A DNA stretch of 32,000 bases from Pyrodictium occultum (GTDB taxonomy: Archaea > Thermoproteota > Thermoprotei_A > Sulfolobales > Pyrodictiaceae). Shown one piece after another: positions 9,856 through 15,897 of this stretch. Position 1 is the stretch's first letter, and the number at the start of each line of letters is the position of its first letter. The DNA is taken from positions 1,110,001 through 1,142,000 of the forward strand of contig NZ_LNTB01000001.1 of NCBI RefSeq assembly GCF_001462395.1. The letters run 5' to 3'. Position numbers and translations under genes: made by a program. The notes under the pieces were generated by a model. The model worked only from the letters and a program-made list of their open reading frames with translations. It ran no database searches and was not told the origin of the DNA.

Positions 9856-10122
9856 CTACGGAGCCAGGATCTCGGCCAGCTGGCCGATGTGCGTGGAGAG
9901 GTCCGCAGGGCTCTCCACTATAGGGGTCTCAAGGGCTAGCAGGGGCTTTGAGAGCAGGGGGAGCAGGGAGTCCACCCGCGTGGCGCCCCCCAGGGCCTCA
10001 TAGACCAGCCTCAGCTTGTCGCCGCTGTAGAGTAGAAGCCTCGAGGGCGCAGCGACAATGAAGAAGTCTACATGGCTTACCAGGCTCCTGTAGGGCGTAG
10101 CAGCGTTGTTGAACGACTCCAC
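9856..10122 (-). CDS. C-terminal part of the same P-loop NTPase (other reading frame)
   Basis: This frame reads ...SDILLVESFNNAATPY..., a Walker-B-like hydrophobic strand plus acidic residue, directly after ...ECRARLEAG of the upstream ORF. A single-base indel near 10138-10143 would join the two. Confidence 0.5.
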   Translation of the reverse strand: MESFNNAATPYRSLVSHVDFFIVAAPSRLLLYSGDKLRLVYEALGGATRVDSLLPLLSKPLLALETPIVESPADLSTHIGQLAEILAP

Positions 10123-10697
10123 CAGTAGTATGTCGCTCCGGCCTCAAGCCTGGCCCTGCACTCCTCCAGCAGTTCCTCAGCCTTAGGGCCTGCTAGCCAG
10201 TCTAGCAGCCAGCCAGGCTCAGAGGGCTCCGCCCCGAGGCGAGCTGCCAGCCTCTCAACCTCGCTCCGGAGAGTGCCGGTGAGCCTCGCCAGGCTATTGG
10301 GGAAGACATAGTGTCGTGCAGCGCCCCGCCCGCAGTCCTGGACCCGCGCCAACACCAGCATAGACCTTGTATCGGAGATTGCTGCGAGATACTGCGAGGG
10401 CCCCTTGAAGGCCAGGGGGTCAGGATAGGCCAGGGCCAGCGCCACAGGGTTTGAGACGCCGGGGTCGACGCCTTCGAGGTACCTCAGGTAGGTGTAGACA
10501 TCGTTCCCCAGGAGAAGCCCGCGATCATAGCTCGATCTAAGCGCGTGGGGCGAGCCCCAGAGGTTGTGGCCCGCCACGGGCTTGAATATTGCCACGCGGG
10601 GCCCCTTCTCAGCCAGAGCCCTGGCCAGGGCTACCACTGTCCAGGTCTTGCCGGAGTCGTGCTCAAGGAGCCCTGATACTAGCACCCTCAACACCAT
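10077..10697 (-). CDS. P-loop NTPase (BioD/CobQ/MinD-like fold), N-terminal part of a frame-interrupted gene
   Basis: Walker A-like VSGLLEHDSGKT near the N-terminus. The frame ends in a nonsense-looking tail (ATYYWWSRSTTLLRPTGAW), while the sequence continues sensibly in the frame of ORF 9856-10122. Confidence 0.55.
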   Translation of the reverse strand: MVLRVLVSGLLEHDSGKTWTVVALARALAEKGPRVAIFKPVAGHNLWGSPHALRSSYDRGLLLGNDVYTYLRYLEGVDPGVSNPVALALAYPDPLAFKGPSQYLAAISDTRSMLVLARVQDCGRGAARHYVFPNSLARLTGTLRSEVERLAARLGAEPSEPGWLLDWLAGPKAEELLEECRARLEAGATYYWWSRSTTLLRPTGAW

Positions 10698-10803
10698 AGC
10701 CCTTCAGCCCCGCCAGGGCTCTTGGAAGCCCCATGGTATTACTAGCCCGGGAGCTAGGCTTCATACCAGTTACCCACACATCCCTAAAGGGGCGGTACGC
10801 GGC

Positions 10804-11583
10804 ATGGATGAGCGCGGGCGAGAGCAACTGGAGTGGGTCAAAGAAGCTGCGAAGAGGCTGGCCCAGAGGCAGAGGGGAGGAGGGGGCCCGCGGAGCAAGC
10901 TCGTGGAGGCGATAGCTGTACTACTGCTAGCGAGGCCTATGAGGGCCGCCGAGATAGCCCAGGTGGTGGGCAAGCCTACCAGGTATGTTAGCAGCTACCT
11001 GAGCTACTGGAGGACGCGGGGCCTCTTCGACTACGAAAACGGGTTCTGGGTGCTCACCCCGCAGGGGGAGGATTACGCCAAGAGCATACTAGAGAGGGAG
11101 ATGAACAGCCGCATAGCCCAGTACGCCGCACTAGCAAGACAGATACTATCGGGTAGCAATACACAGGTTAGTCAGGCAGCAAACAACAATGGAGCGGGCG
11201 GCGCGGGCGAGCAGTCAGGCAGAGTCCAGCCGTTCATTGCCACTCATACCATTAATCTCGACAAGAAACAGCAGGAGAGGATCCTCGCAGCCTGCATACG
11301 GGCACTGCTCGAGGAGCTCGAGATAGGGGAGGATGAGCGCCAGGTACTGGAGACCCTGCTAGACCACTACCGCAGATGGGGGATGACCTACATGTACCTA
11401 GACCAGCTGGAGAAGGAGCTAGAGGCTGACAGGGTATGGCTTGTCGGAGTGCTCCGCGGCCTCCAGACGAAGGGCCTCGTGTACCTCTACAGCGACCGGA
11501 GACTCGGCATGAGGATAGGGCTATCAAAGAGGGTTAAGGGCGCCATTGCGGCCTGCACGCGCACAGCCCTGGGGAGGGTATAG
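10804..11583 (+). CDS. protein with two winged-helix domains; possible WhiP/Cdt1-like replication initiator or plasmid-type DNA-binding protein
   Basis: Start trimmed to ATG 10804, because upstream the ORF overlaps the P-loop gene. The N-terminal wH is LLLARPMRAAEIAQVVGKPTRYVSSYLSYWRTRGLFDYENGFWVLTPQG. The C-terminal wH is MTYMYLDQLEKELEADRVWLVGVLRGLQTKGLVYLYSD. It lies next to a long repeat-rich non-coding region. Confidence 0.5.
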   Translation: MDERGREQLEWVKEAAKRLAQRQRGGGGPRSKLVEAIAVLLLARPMRAAEIAQVVGKPTRYVSSYLSYWRTRGLFDYENGFWVLTPQGEDYAKSILEREMNSRIAQYAALARQILSGSNTQVSQAANNNGAGGAGEQSGRVQPFIATHTINLDKKQQERILAACIRALLEELEIGEDERQVLETLLDHYRRWGMTYMYLDQLEKELEADRVWLVGVLRGLQTKGLVYLYSDRRLGMRIGLSKRVKGAIAACTRTALGRV

Positions 11584-11926
11584 TCTCCACCCCTACGCTC
11601 CCCCTGGAACATGGGTATTCTTGCGCCAGGGATTACCGCCCCGGGACCGTGCGGTATACATGAATAATGGTAGAGGAGGACATCATGCTTTGATATACTC
11701 CTGGTTTATGTTACCCAGCATTACCTCTAATAGATGCCAATACATGGTTTATACAAACCAGCAAAACTCTACAAGATAAAATAGAGGCACCATAGATGCT
11801 AGGAGCAGGCTAGGCGCGGTCAACAGAGTTTACAGCATACATGAGTAGATTGCAGGAGCCAAGGCCGCTATTGATAAGATATGAGCCGATGCTCCGAGCG
11901 CCGCCCTGGCGCTCTCTACAGGCTCG

Positions 11927-12274
11927 CTATAGCAGGGAGTAGGGAGCCCCCCGGGGCAGGGTGCTCTGCCACCCCTGAGGCCTGGCCTGGTTGTAGTCGT
12001 GGTTAGTAGGGTCCCAGGCGTGCCGGCAGGCCTTGGAGCATTGCCGCCTGTTAGAGGCCGAACGCCCCCTCCGGTTGCGGAGCTTCATGCCCAGGCAGCT
12101 GAGGCAGCCGCCGCCCACTTCAAGCCACTTACACCCCACCTCTGTATGCCCGCTGACTTCGAGGGCGTGCTCTACATACTCGTAGATGAGGCTGGATACA
12201 GCCCTCTCACCCACCCGCAACTCAGCAGGGTCACGAGGGCGGGGAGGCCGGGGTCGAGGGTGGAGCGCTACCAC
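11927..12274 (-). CDS. possible small zinc-ribbon protein
   Basis: 115-aa ORF with a GTG start. It carries CLSC...(18 aa basic)...CSKACRHAW, a CxxC...CSxxCR Zn-ribbon-like signature. The N-terminal third is Pro/Arg-rich and dubious, and the overlapping + strand ORF looks non-coding. Confidence 0.3.
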   Translation of the reverse strand: MVALHPRPRPPRPRDPAELRVGERAVSSLIYEYVEHALEVSGHTEVGCKWLEVGGGCLSCLGMKLRNRRGRSASNRRQCSKACRHAWDPTNHDYNQARPQGWQSTLPRGAPYSLL

Positions 12275-12451
12275 ATCTGGCTCTCAACGCATCTCAACAG
12301 CCTGTGGAGGAGGCTGAACTGGGGGTCAAAGTATACGTCTACATAGAGATCCCCGAGGAAGCTGCAACGGGGAGGAGGGGGAGGCCTGTTGAGAGGGCTG
12401 GGCAGGAGGGTTAACAGGCGTTTGCCATCACCGGCGCCGCGGGTGATTCGT

Positions 12452-12580
12452 ACCGACTGGGTCGGTTAATCTTACTGACGGTGTCGGCACGATTCACCGG
12501 CACGGTCGGTGAATGCCCGTCAGACAAACGTGCGACACCCGTCGCATAGGCGTCAGACGCCCGTAAGACGCCGTCTTACG
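12452..12580. repeat. cluster of five different short palindromes/hairpins
   Basis: accgac-tgg-gtcggt (12452-12466); attcaccg-N7-cggtgaat (12492-12514); tgcgac-accc-gtcgca (12531-12546); ggcgtc-a-gacgcc (12549-12561); cgtaagacg-c-cgtcttacg (12562-12580). The motif a[ct][ga]cccgt recurs at about 20-23-bp spacing (12513, 12535, 12558, 12578). Confidence 0.8.
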
Positions 12581-12650
12581 CCCGTTATACGGTCGGAGTG
12601 TTGGGGTGGGCAAAAATGCCCACCGCCTTTCAATTCTATCTGTTAGATCC

Positions 12651-12714
12651 TTTTGAGCAGTTATGGGCAATTTTGCCCGCCCTGACCCCTGTAGGTGGTT
12701 CTGAATCGAGGCTT
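12651..12714. repeat. box pair copy 1: module A (39 bp, 12651-12689) then module B (25 bp, 12690-12714)
   Basis: A = ttttgagcagttatgggcaattttgcccgccctgacccc, containing the dyad gggcaa-tt-ttgccc and a C-string. B = tgtaggtggttctgaatcgaggctt. A related dyad, gggcaaaaatgccc, lies at 12608-12621. Confidence 0.85.
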
Positions 12715-12857
12715 GACTGCTTCCGCCCTGACGCCCCCGGGCCCTCGCCACCACGTCTACCAGCCTTGAGACGTCCCTCGAGGAGACCCCTCCCCCCTCT
12801 TTCACCACAGTTTCAGTGTCTTTTGGATTCTTCGCTCTCCATTGCATAGAATTGAAA

Positions 12858-12898
12858 GTTTAGCGCTAAACTTAGCGTGCTAAGGAATGCTAAGGAAT
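12858..12898. repeat. 14-bp perfect palindrome followed by a 2 x 10-bp tandem repeat
   Basis: The palindrome gtttagcgctaaac is at 12858-12871, and gctaaggaat occurs twice at 12879-12898. In addition, tttcaattctat (12628-12639) is the inverted complement of atagaattgaaa (12846-12857). Confidence 0.8.
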
Positions 12899-12942
12899 GT
12901 TGCAGAACCAGCGCCCTCCATGGCCTCCCACCGCCCCTAGGG

Positions 12943-12975
12943 GCTAGGGGGGCTTGTAGCTCCAGCAACTCCTCC
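12943..12975. repeat. direct repeat copy 1 (gctagggggg...tccagcaactcctcc)
   Basis: About 26/33 identity with 13603-13634, including the exact 10-mer tccagcaact. Confidence 0.6.
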
Positions 12976-12992
12976 TCGAGCGGCCGCTCGAG
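12975..12992. repeat. 18-bp perfect palindrome ctcgagcggccgctcgag
   Basis: The sequence is self-complementary over all 18 nt. Confidence 0.9.
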
Positions 12993-13034
12993 AGGCCTGC
13001 CTGGGGGCAGCGCTGGGCCTGGCCTGCGGGACTT

Positions 13035-13074
13035 GAAATTTAACATGAAATTTAACATCCCTGAAATTTAACAT
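13035..13074. repeat. 3 x 12-bp iteron gaaatttaacat inside an AT-rich core
   Basis: Exact copies at 13035-13046, 13047-13058 and 13063-13074. The surrounding 13031-13160 is the most AT-rich stretch of the window. Confidence 0.85.
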
Positions 13075-13173
13075 TATTAAATCAACAAGAATATCTTTTA
13101 GATACTCAAGAATCTCTTCATTGAGAATGAGCATCATGCCAAGGTATCTATTAGAAATCCTCTCGGCTATCAC

Positions 13174-13193
13174 GGTCTGAGGGGGTCTGAGGG
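13174..13193. repeat. 2 x 10-bp tandem repeat ggtctgaggg
   Basis: Exact tandem copies at 13174-13183 and 13184-13193. Confidence 0.85.
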
Positions 13194-13240
13194 GCTGGGC
13201 CGGGGCTCGGGGGCGCCGCGCTATAGTGTACGCCCCGGAG

Positions 13241-13260
13241 CATCTGGGAGCATCTGGGAG
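13241..13260. repeat. 2 x 10-bp tandem repeat catctgggag
   Basis: Exact tandem copies. They are followed by the palindrome gagtcc-g-ggactc (13261-13273) and by gtgtttg twice (13276-13282 and 13288-13294). Confidence 0.85.
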
Positions 13261-13602
13261 GAGTCCGGGACTCCGGTGTTTGTTAGCGTGTTTGCCTGTG
13301 CTTCTCTGTTTAACGTCCATGTTTATTGACTATCGTTCTAGGGTATGCGTCCGCCAGCCTCCCACATGTTAAGCGTGCGCAGCCGCCACCCGGGCCCGCC
13401 CACAGAAATTTCAGGGGGCAGAGAGCGGGCCTGCGACTCTACCCTAATAATATACAGTATACTGCTAGCTACGGGATCCCTCAAGGAGCTCCTCCAGCTC
13501 CCTAAGGCTTTCAGCGATACGCCTGGGCAACCCCCTTAACCGTTCAACACCACCCCGAGCGTTCAAAAACGCGGAGAGCGCGGGGCCCCATGCCTGCAGG
13601 AA

Positions 13603-13634
13603 GCTAGGGGGCTCCTGCTTCCAGCAACTTCTCC
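13603..13634. repeat. direct repeat copy 2 (gctaggggg...tccagcaacttctcc)
   Basis: See 12943-12975. It is followed by ttaaactattaaacaagga, which loosely resembles ttaacattattaaatcaacaagaa at 13067-13091. Confidence 0.6.
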
Positions 13635-13706
13635 CGGCTAAACAACGCGTTAAACTATTAAACAAGGATGGGGGGTGGGGCGGGGGAGGCTCTGCGGGAC
13701 GCGTCC

Positions 13707-13768
13707 CGGGGTCAGGGCGGGCAAAATTGCCCAAACTGCTCAAAAGCCTCGATTCAGAACCACCTACA
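13707..13768. repeat. box pair copy 2: inverted relative to copy 1 and with module order swapped (B then A when read on the minus strand)
   Basis: The reverse complement reads tgtaggtggttctgaatcgaggctt + ttgagcagtttgggcaattttgcccgccctgacccc. Module B matches 25/25. Module A differs only at ttatggg versus tttggg. Confidence 0.85.
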
Positions 13769-13848
13769 CGATCGAAATCACCGGTGAGTGCGGCCCGGGC
13801 GGTCAGCCGCCTGAGCGCCGAGGCGGGGCCCGGGGTCTTGCCGACCAG

Positions 13849-14538
13849 TTATGCCTGCTTTTTGCTTCTGTCTTCAAAATAGTAGCTACATATATCTCTG
13901 ACCGGGCATTCTGAGCATTTGGGGCTTCTTGCCGTGCACACCTTTCTCGCAAAGTCCAGCACTCCGTAGTTGAAGTCTCTGGCGCTCTCAGGGTCTTTGG
14001 GCACGAGCATTTTTGCGAAGGCCCAGAGCTTGGGGTCTGTGTGAGGCCTCTTCTTGGCCGACTTCACGCTGAAAACCCTCTCTATGACCCTTATCATGTT
14101 CCTGTCGAGGAGGGGTTCGGGCCTGTCACAGGCCCCCAGGAGCACCTCCGAGGCTATGTAGTCGCCCACTCCGGGTAGCTTCTTGAGCTTCTCCTTGTCG
14201 CATGGGATCCTCCCTCCAAGCTTCTCCTCGACGAGCCTGGCCAGCTCTATGAGGTGCCGAGTCCTCTGGTGCTCTATGCCCAGCGGGCGTATGACCTCCT
14301 TCACCTCATTCTCTTCAGCGTTCAGGAGCGCCTTGGGCGACGGGTACCTCTTAATGAACTCCTCGTAAACCTTGATCACCTGCTTTGTGGTTGTCTTTCT
14401 CAGGAGGAGCGCCGCGACGAGGATGGCCCATGCATTGCTAGTATTCCTCCAAGGCAGGCCCCTGTCCCCATGCACCCTGTACCACTCTATTATCCTGCGC
14501 CTGAACTCCCTGATCTTCCCGCTGTCGGCCAGGAGCAA
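13849..14538 (-). CDS. HhH-GPD DNA glycosylase with a [4Fe-4S] cluster loop; Mig-like (T/U:G mismatch) rather than EndoIII
   Basis: The HhH hairpin is LPGVGDYIASEV, with Tyr where EndoIII has its catalytic Lys (GVGRKTA). The catalytic-Asp region is LLDRNMIRVIERVF. The C-terminal cluster is CTARSPKCSECPVRDIC (Cx6Cx2Cx5C). Confidence 0.8.
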   Translation of the reverse strand: MLLADSGKIREFRRRIIEWYRVHGDRGLPWRNTSNAWAILVAALLLRKTTTKQVIKVYEEFIKRYPSPKALLNAEENEVKEVIRPLGIEHQRTRHLIELARLVEEKLGGRIPCDKEKLKKLPGVGDYIASEVLLGACDRPEPLLDRNMIRVIERVFSVKSAKKRPHTDPKLWAFAKMLVPKDPESARDFNYGVLDFARKVCTARSPKCSECPVRDICSYYFEDRSKKQA

Positions 14539-14539
14539 G

Positions 14540-14637
14540 GAGGCCCCCTTTGGCTCCCGCCTTGAGGCACTTATGCTCGGTGAATATATATGCTTTATAT
14601 ATGTTTTTTAATATGCTTCATTGGGGGGTGCGTGCTG
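14540..14637. promoter_or_regulatory. AT-rich divergent promoter region between the glycosylase and endonuclease genes
   Basis: The sequence gaatatatatgctttatatatgttttttaatatg offers TATA-like elements on both strands, 30-45 nt upstream of ATG 14638 (+) and of start 14538 (-). Confidence 0.4.
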
Positions 14638-15510
14638 ATGCAACGCTTCACAGTGTCTCTGTGCAGGCGCGCGGTCAAGAAGGCTGTGAGGAGGGGCGCC
14701 CTCCCAGACGAGTACCTGCTCTACGATGACCCTCGCCGCAAGGTCACACACGCAGACCTGCTGTGTGAGGGCACCGTGAGGGGGCGTGATTGGGAGTCCT
14801 TCTCCAGCGTAGATGAGTGGATTGAGTGGCTGGGTTGGAGTACTGTTCTGCTGGATGAAAGGGACTACCTCACAGCCGCCGTTCACGCCCTCGATCTGGC
14901 CCCGAGGATCCCGGCGACGGATTACGGGACGACGAGGCAGAGGGATCTGGGACAGCTCTTGACAGACGCGATAAGGGGCTTCCTGGGCGAGATAGCCCTC
15001 GCCAAGTGGCTAGGCGAGAGGTTCGAAGTCAGAGTCGTGCTCGACTACAGGAAGGGCCCCCTGCCAGAATTCCTGCCCTCAGACATAAGGCTGGTGAACG
15101 GTAGGCCTCCCAGGCTCAATGTGAGCATAAAGACAACTAAGCTGAGAGGCATATGGCTGGACATACCTTACAGCCAGATAGAGAACAGCCACGTCTTCGT
15201 CCTGGTCAGGGTCGGGGTGTCGAGGGAGCACTTCCTCGCATTCCTCAAGGAGATAAGCGCCATTAAAGACAAGATCCTGTCGAAGGCGAGGGAGCTGGGG
15301 ATAATATCTGAGGATGATCTGGCCAGCATTTGGGATGCAATCCCAGAGTTTACCAAGATACCGGCCTGCATCGCCGGTTTCTTCGACAAGAGAGAGTATG
15401 AGGATGCAGTTAAGGAGAGGACGAGCATACTCCTGGCTGACGGGGAGGAGAAGAAGAGGTTTGTTGTCAACAAGTTTGTGGGCTACTGGCACCCCGAGCA
15501 GGACAAGTAG
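14638..15510 (+). CDS. candidate type II restriction endonuclease (PD-(D/E)xK-like signature)
   Basis: 290 aa from ATG 14638; the ORF-track start at 14590 lies inside the TATA-like tract. GFLGEIALAKWL...LPSDIRLVNGRPPRLNVSIKTTK fits E...D-x13-SxK. The gene sits between the Mig-like glycosylase and the C5 methyltransferase. No family recognised. Confidence 0.45.
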   Translation: MQRFTVSLCRRAVKKAVRRGALPDEYLLYDDPRRKVTHADLLCEGTVRGRDWESFSSVDEWIEWLGWSTVLLDERDYLTAAVHALDLAPRIPATDYGTTRQRDLGQLLTDAIRGFLGEIALAKWLGERFEVRVVLDYRKGPLPEFLPSDIRLVNGRPPRLNVSIKTTKLRGIWLDIPYSQIENSHVFVLVRVGVSREHFLAFLKEISAIKDKILSKARELGIISEDDLASIWDAIPEFTKIPACIAGFFDKREYEDAVKERTSILLADGEEKKRFVVNKFVGYWHPEQDK

Positions 15511-15549
15511 GATAGGCGAAGCCCTGGCCGAGATACTGGACGAAACAGA

Positions 15550-15897
15550 TTAAAGGTCTCGAATGAGCCCCTCCCAGTCCTCCCTCCTGCGCCTGAGAGC
15601 CCCCGAACTCACGATGAAGTGGAGAGTCCTCGAGAAGTTCCCAATGCCCTCAAACTCTATTTTGACGTCATTCGAGACTTTGAAGCCCTGACTCCTGAGG
15701 GTCTCGATGAGCCTCTCCCTGTTCGCCCCTGCCGCCATGGAAGAGGAATGTGTCTGGGAATGTCTGCAACCTCGCCCTTTCTCTCAGCGTTAGCATTGCT
15801 CTGTCTCGATCATAGTGGTAGCCGTGGGTCCCCCCGCCGCCGTAGGCGACCACAGTGTAGGCTGGCTTCAGCGGGTGGATCCTCCTGTAGACCAGGC
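15550..15897 (-). pseudogene. C-terminal methyltransferase segments in shifted frames (motifs IX-X region)
   Basis: A second frame (about 15960 down to 15668) reads IPPGENHEFVRGT...HPLKPAYTVVAYGGGG...RMLTLRERARLQTFPDTFLFHGG, the conserved C5-MTase C-terminal block. The original frame then resumes at 15738-15550 (RERLIETLRSQGF...GIGN...). The apparent shifts lie at G/C runs near 15957-15961 and 15725-15735. Confidence 0.6.

Larger units (their letters stand above)
11584..13848. other. about 2.2-kb gene-poor, repeat-dense region; candidate replication origin or plasmid-like cis-acting region
   Basis: No convincing ORFs. It holds two AT-rich islands (about 11650-11900 and 13031-13160), a palindrome cluster, several tandem duplications and inverted 64-bp box pairs (see the repeat features). 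Confidence 0.35.

Noticed and set aside
12690-12714. The sequence ggtggttctgaatcgagg as a possible tRNA T-arm or tRNA fragment marking an att site.
   Set aside because: It has no complementary T-stem, no acceptor stem and no anticodon arm. I found no tRNA-like GGTTCRAATCC element anywhere in the window on either strand.
12494-13743. ORFs inside the repeat region as protein-coding genes (12494-12847, 12598-12849, 12813-13058, 12937-13320, 13465-13743).
   Set aside because: They are translated through palindromes and tandem repeats, are Pro/Arg/Gly/Ser-rich, overlap one another on both strands, and show no recognisable motifs. Small genuine peptides cannot be excluded.
13779-13826. A degenerate second copy of the C/D-box sRNA (ggtgagtg...cctgagcgccgagg) at the left island edge as a duplicated att core.
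   Set aside because: Similarity to 18991-19056 is limited to about 12 nt with an indel. There is no terminal stem, and the box-to-box spacing is too short. It is not distinguishable from chance.
11584-13848. A CRISPR array in the repeat-rich region.
   Set aside because: The repeats are 7-12-bp tandem duplications or long inverted boxes. There is no series of 24-37-bp direct repeats separated by unique spacers of similar size, and no cas genes are nearby.
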